Part shown: piece by piece, positions 1-9,290 of the stretch
Layout: each line of letters begins with the position of its first letter
Position numbering within the stretch: position 1 is the stretch's first letter
Assembly (NCBI GenBank): GCA_039920285.1
Contig: JBDSDX010000001.1
Span: 270,001 to 302,000 of the forward strand
Origin: Candidatus Saccharimonadota bacterium
GTDB lineage: Bacteria; Patescibacteriota; Saccharimonadia; Saccharimonadales; Saccharimonadaceae
Reading direction: 5' to 3'
DNA: 32,000 bases
Program-made: the position numbers and the translations under genes
The notes under the pieces: generated by a model
Databases searched by the model: none
What the model was told of the DNA's origin: nothing
The model's input: only the letters and a program-made list of their open reading frames with translations

Positions 1-333
1 TTTTGTCTCCTTGTTTCTATCGGCATGGGGGTGGTTTATTACGTCTACACCAATAACCGATTTTATCTCACTAATGAGAGTGTGATTCAAGAGATTCAAG
101 TAAGCCTTTTTGGACGTCTTGAGCAAACGGTGAGTCTTGCGAACGTTGAAGACGCCAGTTATACGCAGGAAGGATTTTTCCAATCTATCTTTGATTATGG
201 ATCAATCCGTCTGAGTACCGAAGGTGATGAAACCACTTACCGTTTCGCGTACGTTGCTCGTCCAAAAGAGCGTATCGCAACACTCAATGATGCTGTCGAA
301 GCGTTCAAAAACGGTCGTCCAACGGGCGAATAA
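1..333 (+). CDS. C-terminal part of a bacterial PH-domain (bPH_2/YdbT-like) protein; 5' end is outside the window
   Basis: Frame 1 is open from base 1 (FCLLVSIG precedes the listed Met), with the stop at 331-333. The segment SIFDYGSIRLSTEGDETTYRFAYVARPKE resembles the bacterial PH-like fold family. Assignment is by motif recall only. Confidence 0.4.
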   Translation, partial: FCLLVSIGMGVVYYVYTNNRFYLTNESVIQEIQVSLFGRLEQTVSLANVEDASYTQEGFFQSIFDYGSIRLSTEGDETTYRFAYVARPKERIATLNDAVEAFKNGRPTGE

Positions 334-339
334 AAAACT

Positions 340-735
340 TTATTTATTGCGACTTGTTTTAATGTAGTCGGCTTCGTTCTCAAGCGTTGTCCGTAGGGTG
401 TAACTTTTACACCTGTCACCATCACAATTGGTCGCTTCGTAACGATAGTTACTCTTTGCTTCAGTGATTTTCACACCCTGAGGGTCTTTGAATAGATCTG
501 GATCGACAGATGGCAATACTTTTTCGTCAATTGTACGAGGATAGAAACTGTTGGCTTTAAAGGAGACTTCTTCGAGGCTGTAGTACATTGCATTGATTGA
601 TGTCTTACGTATTTCGTCACGACCGGCAACCTCTAGGTTATTCTTTTGAACAAAGAAAAGTATGCTCGCTGCACCAAGTAGAATGATGATAAAAAAGAGT
701 TCGATGATCGTGAAGCCGCGCTGTGTAGTATTCAT
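340..735 (-). CDS. type IV pilin / pseudopilin with prepilin-type N-terminal cleavage/methylation signal
   Basis: N-terminus MNTTQRG|FTIIELFFIIILLGAASILF has a short basic leader, a Gly-Phe cleavage site, Glu at +5 and a hydrophobic alpha1 helix. There is a C-terminal Cys pair (NCDGDRC). 131 aa. Confidence 0.85.
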   Translation of the reverse strand: MNTTQRGFTIIELFFIIILLGAASILFFVQKNNLEVAGRDEIRKTSINAMYYSLEEVSFKANSFYPRTIDEKVLPSVDPDLFKDPQGVKITEAKSNYRYEATNCDGDRCKSYTLRTTLENEADYIKTSRNK

Positions 736-742
736 TAGTATG

Positions 743-751
743 ATTATAGCA
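743..751 (-). promoter_or_regulatory. extended -10 box TGCTATAAT, 7 nt upstream of the pilin ATG (predicts a leaderless mRNA)
   Basis: The minus strand reads TGCTATAAT-CATACTA-ATG. There is no Shine-Dalgarno sequence. Confidence 0.45.
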
Positions 752-805
752 AATTAAGATTCCGCCGAGTATAATAAAGGGTAGTTATAAAGAGAGGGAG
801 AGTAT

Positions 806-1849
806 ATGCCGACTAAAAAAGCAGACAAGTCTGACGCTACCGCAACGCCCGTCGCATCTGAGGGAAAACTGAAGGCGTTAGGTCTCGCACAAGAGCAAAT
901 CAATAAGCAATTTGGTGAAGGTGCCATTCGCCGATTAGGTGACACCAAGACCGTCAATATCGAACTCGTGAGTAGTGGTGCATTGTCACTCGACTTAGCG
1001 CTTGGTGGAGGATATCCACGGGGCCGTATTCTCGAAATCTATGGACCTGAGAGTTCTGGTAAAACGACACTGACACTACATGCGATTGCAGAAATCCAGA
1101 AGAAGGGTGGCACCGCCGCATTTATTGATGCTGAGCATGCACTCGATCCATCATACGCTCGCAAACTGGGTGTTGATACTGACAACCTCCTTGTTTCACA
1201 ACCAGACAATGGTGAACAAGCACTCGAAATCGCAGAGACACTCGTCCGTTCAAATGCCGTTGACCTTGTCGTCGTTGACTCGGTTGCTGCACTTGTTCCA
1301 CAAGCCGAAATCGAAGGTGAAATGGGTGATAGTCACATGGGTCTACAAGCTCGTTTGATGAGCCAAGCACTCCGTAAGTTGACAGGTATTATCAATAAGA
1401 GCAATACGACTGTTATTTTCATTAACCAGATCCGTATGAAGATTGGTGTGATGTTCGGTAACCCTGAAACCACTACGGGTGGTAACGCGTTGAAGTTTTA
1501 CGCTTCAGTCCGTCTTGATATTCGTCGTACTGGTCAGATCAAGTCAGGGGAAGAAATTATCGGTAACCGTACCAAGGTTAAAGTTGTGAAGAATAAAATT
1601 GCTCCTCCTTTCAGAGTTGCTGAATTCGACATCATGTATAACGAAGGTATCTCAAAGACCGGTGATGTTCTTGACCTCGCCGTTCTTCACGGAATCGTTG
1701 GAAAATCTGGCGCTTGGTTTGATTATGCTGATGCGAAAATCGGACAAGGACGCGAAGCGAGTAAGACGTATCTTGCGTCAAACCCTGAAGTACTCGCAGA
1801 AATCGAAGCAAAAGTCCGTAAGAAAGTTTTTGAAGAAGCTGCGGAATAG
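806..1849 (+). CDS. recA: recombinase RecA
   Basis: 347 aa. Walker [19 protein letters not shown] and VVVDSVAAL show full-length RecA similarity. SD GAGGGAGAG lies upstream, and a TATAAT box is at 770-775. Confidence 0.98.
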   Translation: MPTKKADKSDATATPVASEGKLKALGLAQEQINKQFGEGAIRRLGDTKTVNIELVSSGALSLDLALGGGYPRGRILEIYGPESSGKTTLTLHAIAEIQKKGGTAAFIDAEHALDPSYARKLGVDTDNLLVSQPDNGEQALEIAETLVRSNAVDLVVVDSVAALVPQAEIEGEMGDSHMGLQARLMSQALRKLTGIINKSNTTVIFINQIRMKIGVMFGNPETTTGGNALKFYASVRLDIRRTGQIKSGEEIIGNRTKVKVVKNKIAPPFRVAEFDIMYNEGISKTGDVLDLAVLHGIVGKSGAWFDYADAKIGQGREASKTYLASNPEVLAEIEAKVRKKVFEEAAE

Positions 1850-1852
1850 CTA

Positions 1853-2425
1853 ATGCACGACGACGAACTATGGCAAGTTTACGCTCAGAATGGTGAACCT
1901 GTCATAGGAGATGGTCGTAAGAAAGAAACCTTTCTCGACGGTACATTAAATGGCGCTGCCCATGTGTGGGTATGGCGCCGTATCGGAGATGATATTGAAG
2001 TTCTCTTACAAGAACGGTCAAAGAATATTATATCTTGGCCAGGATATTTTGATATTTCTGCTGCGGGTCACATAAATTTGGGTGAAACTCCTGCTGATGC
2101 TGGGGTGAGAGAAGCAAAAGAAGAGATAGGTATCGTCATTGGCTCAGATGCACTCGATTTCGTTTTTGCTCATCGAAAGTACGTCGATAAAGAACAGAAT
2201 ATTACTGCTAAAATGACTGAACTACACTGGGTGTATGCTTATGAGGTAGCATCCGGTGATACGTTTGTCTTTGATGATGGAGAAGTGACCTCAACACACT
2301 GGCTAGAGGGCGATAATTTCCCAAACAGTAGAGATGAAGCAGCTGCACTTAATATGGTTCCTCATAGTAACGAATACTTCTCACAGCTTAGTAAGCATTT
2401 CCGTACAAAACGAAATCGGGAATAG
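1853..2425 (+). CDS. Nudix hydrolase (IDI-like/YfcD-like subfamily pattern)
   Basis: Complete Nudix box GHINLGETPADAGVREAKEEIGI (GX5EX7REUXEEXGU). The upstream LLQERSKNIISWPGYFD resembles the COG1443 subfamily, but the IDI catalytic Cys is absent. The start is 4 nt after the recA stop. Confidence 0.8.
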   Translation: MHDDELWQVYAQNGEPVIGDGRKKETFLDGTLNGAAHVWVWRRIGDDIEVLLQERSKNIISWPGYFDISAAGHINLGETPADAGVREAKEEIGIVIGSDALDFVFAHRKYVDKEQNITAKMTELHWVYAYEVASGDTFVFDDGEVTSTHWLEGDNFPNSRDEAAALNMVPHSNEYFSQLSKHFRTKRNRE

Positions 2426-2431
2426 AGTAGT

Positions 2432-3070
2432 ATGAAAATCACTTCCATTTCAGTTCAGGTCCGTGATAAAGAACGTGTCAATGTTTCTGTCGATGGAAAA
2501 TATCGATTTAGCTTAGATATTACACAGGTGAGTGAGCTCGGTGTAAAGATAGGAAAAGAGTACACCGAAGAAGAGCTCGTCACTCTTGAGGAAGAGAGTC
2601 AATACGGAAAGCTCTATGGGCGCACTTTAGAATATTCCCTCATGCGCCCGCATAGCCAGCGAGAAGTACGAGATTATCTCTACCGTAAGACACGAGATAG
2701 TCTCACAAAGCTAGGGACGATCAAAAAAGGTGTTTCACCCGCACTTACCGAAAGAGTATACAATCGCTTGGTCGAAAAGGGCTATGTAAATGACGAGAAG
2801 TTTGCTCGGTTTTGGATTGAAAACCGTAATCTTCGAAAGGGTTCGAGCTTGCGTCGACTATCCGCAGAACTGAGTGCGAAAGGTGTTGAACGGGGGATTA
2901 TCGAATCACTTTTGAAAGAATCAGATCGTGATGATGCTGATGAATTACAAAAAATTATTTTAAAGAAAAGAAATCGTTACGATGATGAACAAAAGTTCAT
3001 GGCATATTTGGCACGCCAGGGCTTTAGTTATGACGACATTAAAGCCGCGCTCAATACTGACGATGACTAA
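2432..3070 (+). CDS. recX: recombination regulator RecX
   Basis: 212 aa with repeated helical RecX-type modules (EVRDYLYRK, VYNRLVEKGYVNDEKFARFWIENR, LSAELSAKGVERGIIESLL). It lies in the recA operon. Confidence 0.85.
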   Translation: MKITSISVQVRDKERVNVSVDGKYRFSLDITQVSELGVKIGKEYTEEELVTLEEESQYGKLYGRTLEYSLMRPHSQREVRDYLYRKTRDSLTKLGTIKKGVSPALTERVYNRLVEKGYVNDEKFARFWIENRNLRKGSSLRRLSAELSAKGVERGIIESLLKESDRDDADELQKIILKKRNRYDDEQKFMAYLARQGFSYDDIKAALNTDDD

Positions 3071-3648
3071 ACGTTAGATTGTTCTGGTTGAGGAACATTA
3101 GCTCCACGGAATGGATTCACATATTCATGTTTCACAGGCTCCATAACTGGTTCGGCACTTTTTTTGCGAGTACTTTTAACGATAATAGCTTTGTTGTTTA
3201 TCTCGGTAATCTGTGAACGGTGGATTAAGAGACCGGTATCATTTATTCCTTTAATTAGGCCACGTTTTACGTTCAATTGTTGGATGACAAACGAACCAGT
3301 TTCAACAGTGTAATCCTCAACTTTTCCAAGTTTATGTTTGTGCTCATCGATGACGGGCTTTCCGATTACCTGAAAGGCGATTCGAAGAAGTTTTTCAATT
3401 TTAATGACATCACTAATACCGATGAGTTCTTCACTGCTGTCGATAATCATGCCGAGGTTACCCATTTCGCGAATATCATCAGTAAGTAGGAATGATGGAT
3501 GTTCAGTGAGTAGAGGGCCATCGACTTGATAGGCGATAATTTTAAGATTATTCGGGTCGATAATAGGTGCGTTAATGCGCGCCAAACGAGTACCGGTCTG
3601 CAAACTCATAACAGCGGTGTCTTTGAGTCGTGATCCGAGTATTAACAT
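3067..3648 (-). CDS. tandem PRC-barrel-like domain protein; last gene of the T4P operon
   Basis: Two segments fit the PRC-barrel pattern: LKDTAVMSLQTGTRLARINAPIIDPNNLKIIAYQV and VIGKPVIDEHKHKLGKVEDYTVETGSFVIQQLNV. It is co-directional with, and 32 nt downstream of, the preceding pil-operon gene. The C-terminal tail contains VNPF. Confidence 0.45.
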   Translation of the reverse strand: MLILGSRLKDTAVMSLQTGTRLARINAPIIDPNNLKIIAYQVDGPLLTEHPSFLLTDDIREMGNLGMIIDSSEELIGISDVIKIEKLLRIAFQVIGKPVIDEHKHKLGKVEDYTVETGSFVIQQLNVKRGLIKGINDTGLLIHRSQITEINNKAIIVKSTRKKSAEPVMEPVKHEYVNPFRGANVPQPEQSNV

Positions 3649-3680
3649 AGTATTAGTATAAGCTTTTTAGTAGTCTGACG

Positions 3681-3971
3681 CTACTCGCTAAACGGATTAA
3701 TGCGACCTTGTGGTGGCTTGGCTGCTGGAATGGGATCATCGCTCGTGTGGAGTTCTTTAATGCGTTCTAGGGTTGCTTGGTCGATTGACCCTGAGCTAAT
3801 TGGGGAGGTGTATGTGTCGGCACCTGAAGTATCGGATAAGATTCTGTTCAAGAACACGACTGCAACGCTAAGTCCGCCGACAATAAAGACGATAAAGAGC
3901 GTCAGGTGAAAACGGGCGATGAGGCGACCGATTGGTTTGAATAGGCTTGAAACACTTGCATTCTTCATCAT
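3681..3971 (-). CDS. small single-pass membrane protein of the T4P operon (possible minimal PilP-like component)
   Basis: 96 aa with one TM helix (LTLFIVFIVGGLSVAVVFL). The ATG directly abuts the stop of the upstream pilO-like gene (TAAATG). The C-terminus is PPQGRINPFSE. Confidence 0.5.
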   Translation of the reverse strand: MMKNASVSSLFKPIGRLIARFHLTLFIVFIVGGLSVAVVFLNRILSDTSGADTYTSPISSGSIDQATLERIKELHTSDDPIPAAKPPQGRINPFSE

Positions 3972-4538
3972 TTACCTCGTTGATACTACTATCTTAATGT
4001 CGCCGGTTATCACATTATCAGATCCAGTTGTTGTTGGACGGCTGAGGTCGATGCTTGTGACCTGCATTTTCGGAAGGTTCCCTTCGATGTCATCAAGGAA
4101 GGAGAGTAGTTTCGTGTAAGAGACGGGGGACTTGAGTGTGATTGAAAACGGTTTTGAAGTGTTAGTTACGGTCGGAGTATCTTTCGTATCTTCTTTCAGG
4201 TCAAAGTTCGTATTCGAAATAGTGACACCAGATTGACTCGCGTATTTTTGAACATCCTTCAAGGCTTGCGATTGATAGGAGGCAGGAGTACTAAAGAGTG
4301 CATTGGCTTTGTCGACAAGACCTTGGCTTTGTGTTAACACAAGTTTTAGCTTCTGTAATTCGTCAATTTGCTTACCACTCGCATTCGCATCAGCGGCTGT
4401 GTGGCTCACATCGAGAGCAGTAGTCCTGACTTTTCCAAGTCCGAGATAGAAGCCACCAGCCATTGCGAGGATTAAGATAACAATCACAAAGGTGAGGAGG
4501 CTACGAATAGAGGTTGCTTTCATACCGTCTTTTTTCAT
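3972..4538 (-). CDS. pilO: PilO-like type IV pilus alignment protein
   Basis: 188 aa with an N-terminal TM, a coiled-coil segment (QIDELQKLKLVLTQSQGLVDKA) and a C-terminal alpha/beta region. It sits directly after pilN with a 4-nt overlap. Confidence 0.6.
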   Translation of the reverse strand: MKKDGMKATSIRSLLTFVIVILILAMAGGFYLGLGKVRTTALDVSHTAADANASGKQIDELQKLKLVLTQSQGLVDKANALFSTPASYQSQALKDVQKYASQSGVTISNTNFDLKEDTKDTPTVTNTSKPFSITLKSPVSYTKLLSFLDDIEGNLPKMQVTSIDLSRPTTTGSDNVITGDIKIVVSTR

Positions 4539-5101
4539 TGGGTGATCGCTTTCGTAAGAGTGAGGGTTATGGTTGCGCTAACGGGGTAACCAATGGCTGC
4601 GCCCGTACCATCGGTAACAGTTTGGAAGCTTACATTTTGAAAGAAAGGTGAACTTTGGAAATTATTCTGGAGTGAAACAGCATCATCAGTTGTCTTGGCA
4701 AGAATCTTCAAGGTGAGAGGCGTGCCTGAGAATGATGAGCTATCGAGCGTGATTTTATCGAGAATAGTTCCGGTTGGCATTTGCCGTGCGAAATTGGTGA
4801 GGACTTTCGAATAAAGAACCTCTTGGTTAAGGATACCTTTCGTTTCAGTTAGTTGGCTGCTGAGACCGTCAACTTGAGTTTTTGTTTGGTTGAAGGCTGA
4901 TGCTTTTGTTCCATTGGCATCAATCAGTTTTTGCGAACTCTCTTTAGTTTGGTTCAAAAGGAAGATTGAACCTGCAAGGATGAAAAAGAGGAAGAGCGCG
5001 GCAAAGAAGACAACCACAATGTAACGTACTAAGAGGACGTTTGTCCGAGCAGCGCGTAATTGCTTTTTGTCTTCATCTGGCATGAGGTTTATCATTTCCA
5101 A
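4535..5101 (-). CDS. pilN: PilN (fimbrial assembly) protein
   Basis: N-terminal INLMP motif (the canonical PilN INLLP), then a TM helix and a periplasmic-type domain. It overlaps the pilM stop. Confidence 0.8.
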   Translation of the reverse strand: MEMINLMPDEDKKQLRAARTNVLLVRYIVVVFFAALFLFFILAGSIFLLNQTKESSQKLIDANGTKASAFNQTKTQVDGLSSQLTETKGILNQEVLYSKVLTNFARQMPTGTILDKITLDSSSFSGTPLTLKILAKTTDDAVSLQNNFQSSPFFQNVSFQTVTDGTGAAIGYPVSATITLTLTKAITQ

Positions 5102-6159
5102 ATACTCCCAGGGTTAATACTTGCGAGACCAGCAACGGTGATGTAACGAGATCGGAATTGCTTTGGCGGTTCTTGTAACTTTCCAAAGTCGAGTTTTTGC
5201 CAGGGACTCGCAACACGAGCGGGCATAACAAGTTTATCGGTAAAGTATTCGCCGATGCCAGGGAGATTGCTTCCACTTCCGACAACGAGAAGCTGTTCAA
5301 GTTTACGGGTATCGCTAATACGTTCGTCGTAGTAACGCATGACTTTCTTCACCTCACTGAGAATACGAAGAAGACTCGGCTCAAGAGCGGCGTTGAGTTT
5401 TTGTTGACGGGGGCCAGCGCTGAGGCCATTCAAAACTTTCAGCTGGTGAGCATTCTCCAGGGCGACGTTCAGCTTTTTGGCAATATCAAGCGTAAAGGTG
5501 TTGCCACCGATCGCAAGTCCACCAGTGACACGAATAGTACCGCGATCGAGGATAGCAATATCGGTACTAGCGGGGCCAATATCGATAATGACAGTTGGAA
5601 GATCACCTTCTTCGGTGGCGGTCAGTAGTCGACCGACAGAACTAATACTTGGTTCGATAAGGATAGGGGTGAGTCCAGCGGCTTGAACAGCTGCGACAAC
5701 GTTATTGACTACAGTTCGAGTCACTGCACTCATGAGAACAGTGATTTCTTTTTTATTTCGCTCAATGATCTGATGGTCGATGTAGAGGCTCGATGAAGGG
5801 ATGGGAATATATTGATCTGCTTCAAGGATAACAGCATCTTTCAAAGATTTTTCAGTTGAAAGTGGTAAAGTGAACGTCCGTGAAAAACTACGAGCGGTTG
5901 GTACAGCTATGGTGACGGTATTTGTTTGAATTGAGCCGGTCACCTTTTCGGCGAGAAGAAGTTTTATATTATCTGTGAGGTAGGTGTTACCCTCTTTTTC
6001 AAGTGCTTCTTTGACTTTTTGTGGCTCAAGATCCATTGAGGCATAGCCGTTAACGAGCCATTTTTTTGGGTCCACTGACATCAGCTTGATGCCAGTAGTA
6101 CTGATATCAAGTCCAGCGATCGGTTTATCTTTATAAAATAGTTTCGACATGATGCCCAC
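5092..6159 (-). CDS. pilM: PilM, actin-like ATPase-fold pilus assembly protein
   Basis: 355 aa. The GLDISTTGIKLM phosphate-1 motif and DIGPASTDIAIL phosphate-2-like motif are typical of PilM/FtsA-like proteins. Confidence 0.9.
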   Translation of the reverse strand: MGIMSKLFYKDKPIAGLDISTTGIKLMSVDPKKWLVNGYASMDLEPQKVKEALEKEGNTYLTDNIKLLLAEKVTGSIQTNTVTIAVPTARSFSRTFTLPLSTEKSLKDAVILEADQYIPIPSSSLYIDHQIIERNKKEITVLMSAVTRTVVNNVVAAVQAAGLTPILIEPSISSVGRLLTATEEGDLPTVIIDIGPASTDIAILDRGTIRVTGGLAIGGNTFTLDIAKKLNVALENAHQLKVLNGLSAGPRQQKLNAALEPSLLRILSEVKKVMRYYDERISDTRKLEQLLVVGSGSNLPGIGEYFTDKLVMPARVASPWQKLDFGKLQEPPKQFRSRYITVAGLASINPGSIWK

Positions 6160-6212
6160 GGGTAGAAATAACTATCAGTATTATAGCATGAGCGTTATGG
6201 TCTCGACCACCG

Positions 6213-7442
6213 CTATTTGACGTTTTGTGAGAGTTGCGCGATAGGGGTCATGACACTAGCGGCAATTAATCCGACCATGCTTCCCATGATAACGATCATG
6301 ACCGGCTCAATAATTGAACTGATTCCTTCAATCGCAACATCAACTTCTTCTTCATAGAATTCGGCAACTTTGACGAGAACGGTGTCAGTTTGACCAGTTT
6401 CTTCACCAACGGCAAGCATTTGTCCAACGATAGCAGGGAAGAGTTCCTGTTTTTCAATGACGGATGATAACGATTTACCGTTCTTGACCTCTCGGGCGGC
6501 TTGTTTGACGGCATCTTCATAAATAACGTTTCCCATCGCTCGTGAGGTGACGTCGAGACATTCAAGGACAGCAACTCCAGCTCCCATTAGGGCAGAAAAG
6601 GTGCGGGCAAAACGAGCAACGGCAACCTTTTTAATAATTCCTTGTACGCCAGGTATCTTGAGGATGAGCGTGTCGAATTGACGCTTTCCTTTGGGAGTTC
6701 GAATATAACGAATTATTCCGTAAATAAGTCCAGCTATTCCTGGGATGATAATAAACCAGTAACTGGTGATAATGTGACTAAGACCGAGCATGAATAGTGT
6801 AATACCTGGGAGTTTGGCATCTGGGCCACCGAGGTCGGTGAGAATTTTACCGATTTGCGGAATAACGAAAAGCATCAATCCGAAGAATGCGAGTGTCGTA
6901 ATAACCATCAAGACGACCGGGTAGGCCATCGCGCTGCGAATCTTTTTTCGGATTGTGGCACTTTTTTCTTGTTGGTAGGCAAGACGCTTCAGAATGTCAT
7001 CAAGGATACCGGCTGTTTCACCGGCTCGCACCATGTTGACGTAGATATCATTGAATGTTTCGGGATGTTTCGAAAGCGCTTCACCGAGTGATGTTCCCCC
7101 TTCGACACTTTTAATAACTTCATTGAGGATTTTTTTGAGGACAAGATCTTCGGCGTGTTTTTCGAGAGAGGTGAGTGAACGAAGAAGCGGTACGCCCGCA
7201 CCAACCATGGCACTCAATTGCCTCGTAAAGATGACGAGTTGATCAGGTTTGACACGATTTCGTTCAAAGAGATGCTGGAGATCGATGTTGAAGCCAGCTT
7301 TATTCTTAATTTCTTTGATACTGACTGGTCGGAGGTTTTGTTTGCCGAGTGCAGCAATAACGCTCGCACGGTCAAGCTGTTCAGTTTTACCGTTGACCGC
7401 ATTACGTTGAGCATCAATGGCGACATAAGCGAACTGTGCCAT
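6213..7442 (-). CDS. pilC: PilC / type II secretion system F-family platform protein
   Basis: 409 aa with two T2SSF repeats separated by TM helices (RQLSAMVGAGVPLLRSL and RTFSALMGAGVAVLECL). Confidence 0.93.
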   Translation of the reverse strand: MAQFAYVAIDAQRNAVNGKTEQLDRASVIAALGKQNLRPVSIKEIKNKAGFNIDLQHLFERNRVKPDQLVIFTRQLSAMVGAGVPLLRSLTSLEKHAEDLVLKKILNEVIKSVEGGTSLGEALSKHPETFNDIYVNMVRAGETAGILDDILKRLAYQQEKSATIRKKIRSAMAYPVVLMVITTLAFFGLMLFVIPQIGKILTDLGGPDAKLPGITLFMLGLSHIITSYWFIIIPGIAGLIYGIIRYIRTPKGKRQFDTLILKIPGVQGIIKKVAVARFARTFSALMGAGVAVLECLDVTSRAMGNVIYEDAVKQAAREVKNGKSLSSVIEKQELFPAIVGQMLAVGEETGQTDTVLVKVAEFYEEEVDVAIEGISSIIEPVMIVIMGSMVGLIAASVMTPIAQLSQNVK

Positions 7443-7444
7443 AT

Positions 7445-9229
7445 CTAGTCCCTGCTCACTCGAAGGACTTCTTCAACAGTTGTTTCACCACGAAGTGCTT
7501 TGATAAGGCCATCGATCTGCATAGTCATCATACCTTCAGCAATTGCTTGAGATTGGATTTGGCTACTTGTGGCATGTGACATGATCAATTTTTGAATTGC
7601 TTCAGAGTTGGCGAGCACTTCGTAAATACCAAAACGACCCTTGTAACCCTCTTGGGCATCATCTTCATTAAACTCGTGGTTGGCATGCCAGAGTGTTTTG
7701 ATACCATTCTCATCGGTACTGAGTGGCGCATCACCACCAACACCTTGGCTCGCTGCCATTTTCTCAAGTTCATGAATAATTTTAAAATCTTGACCTTCAC
7801 GTAGGTTGAACATGCTCGTGAGGGCTGCTTTTTCTTGTTCGGTTGGAACGGCGCTAATACGTGATCCACGGTGGAGTTTTCGCACAAGACGTTGACCGAC
7901 AACGGCTCGGATCGTACTTGCCATCAAGAATGGCTCAATCCCCATGTCGAGGAGACGAGGCAGTGTTGTCGCGGCGTTATTTGTGTGAAGCGTACTAAAG
8001 ACCATGTGACCAGTTAGGGCAGCCTGAATAGCAAGGTTGGCTGTTTCACCGTCACGGATCTCACCGATCATAATAATGTTTGGATCTTGACGAAGGAGTG
8101 CACGGAGACCGTTGGCAAAGGTCATACCAGCTTTAACATTGGTCTGCGTCTGGTTTACGCCAGCAATCTTATATTCGACCGGATCTTCTACTGTCGAGAT
8201 ATTAACGTTTGGTTTGTTCAGAATTGACAGAATACTAAATAGGCTGGTCGATTTACCACTACCGGTCGGTCCAGTCATTAGGACGATACCATTCGGTTCA
8301 CTCATTTCACGGCGAACATCAACGAGGGCACGACCCCAAAATCCAAGGTCTTCAAGAGTGACTGCTTGATTTGATTCGTCCAGGATACGCATAGCGATCT
8401 TCTCGCCATCAGCGATAGGGAGTGAGCTGACACGGAGGGCGTACTGACGACCACCAATTTTAATTTTGAAACGGCCATCTTGAGGGACACGACGTTCGTC
8501 GATTTTTAGATTCGCAAGAATTTTAATACGGCTAATCAGGGCACCGAGGACATTTCGTGGCAATCGGTTTACTTCTTTCAAGATACCATCGACACGATAA
8601 CGAATTTGGACAAAGTCTTCACGAGGTTCAATGTGAATGTCACTCGCGTGAGAGCGGATAGCGTATTCAAGGAGGAGGTTTACTGTTTGAGCAATCGGAG
8701 AATCTTCGGCAATATCTTGTTCGCTGACTTGTTGGCTTTTGTCTTCGGATTCTTCACGCTGGACATCGATAACGTCGTTGAGCTCTTTATTGACGTCACC
8801 ACGGTATCTTTCGAGTGCGGTTAAGATATTATCCTTGGTCGCAATGTATATCTTGGCATTGCTCCCAATTTCTTTTTGGATGAAGTTCACCGCCTGAACA
8901 TCATCAGGGTCTTCCATTGCTAAGTGGTGAACACCGTCGGGGTCAACTTTAAATAGCACGGCGTTGTATTGACGTGCGACACGCTCAGGTATGAGATTAA
9001 GTACATCTGAAGGAATTGAGTTTGGGTCGAGTTCGATGTAAGGAATGTCGGAATAGTCTGAGAATACTTGGACAAGTGTTTTTTCATCGGCAACTTGTTG
9101 CTCGAGGACGAGATCTTGCAAAGGGCGCTTTAAACGAGCTGCCTCTTGTTTCAAGGCAGACACTTGCTCAGGAGTTGCAAGACTTGCCCGCCCAAGCAAC
9201 GTTTCCATAATGGTGTCGGAAATGCGCAT
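7445..9229 (-). CDS. pilB: PilB / GspE-family T4P extension ATPase
   Basis: 594 aa. N-terminal MshEN-type domain, Walker A GPTGSGKST, Walker B/Asp box IIMIGEIRD and His box STLHTN. The protein contains no Cys. Confidence 0.95.
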   Translation of the reverse strand: MRISDTIMETLLGRASLATPEQVSALKQEAARLKRPLQDLVLEQQVADEKTLVQVFSDYSDIPYIELDPNSIPSDVLNLIPERVARQYNAVLFKVDPDGVHHLAMEDPDDVQAVNFIQKEIGSNAKIYIATKDNILTALERYRGDVNKELNDVIDVQREESEDKSQQVSEQDIAEDSPIAQTVNLLLEYAIRSHASDIHIEPREDFVQIRYRVDGILKEVNRLPRNVLGALISRIKILANLKIDERRVPQDGRFKIKIGGRQYALRVSSLPIADGEKIAMRILDESNQAVTLEDLGFWGRALVDVRREMSEPNGIVLMTGPTGSGKSTSLFSILSILNKPNVNISTVEDPVEYKIAGVNQTQTNVKAGMTFANGLRALLRQDPNIIMIGEIRDGETANLAIQAALTGHMVFSTLHTNNAATTLPRLLDMGIEPFLMASTIRAVVGQRLVRKLHRGSRISAVPTEQEKAALTSMFNLREGQDFKIIHELEKMAASQGVGGDAPLSTDENGIKTLWHANHEFNEDDAQEGYKGRFGIYEVLANSEAIQKLIMSHATSSQIQSQAIAEGMMTMQIDGLIKALRGETTVEEVLRVSRD

Positions 9230-9254
9230 AATGCTTACGCTCTATTGTAAAGGA

Positions 9255-9283
9255 CTGACCCCAAAAGTGCTAGATGGTATACT
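9255..9283 (+). promoter_or_regulatory. promoter of tsaE: CTGACC-17-TGgTATACT, with the -10 ending 7 nt before ATG 9291
   Basis: The sequence reads TGGTATACT-AGGTTCA-ATG with no SD. Confidence 0.45.
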
Positions 9284-9290
9284 AGGTTCA

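Noticed and set aside
754-957. 67-aa minus-strand ORF over the recA start
   Set aside because: It is antisense to recA and its ribosome-binding site, and the pilin gene promoter lies elsewhere.
9210-9290. Upstream extension of tsaE
   Set aside because: It would overlap the divergent pilB start by 20 nt. The -10 box at 9278-9283 and the leaderless pattern support ATG 9291, and the TsaE fold begins there.
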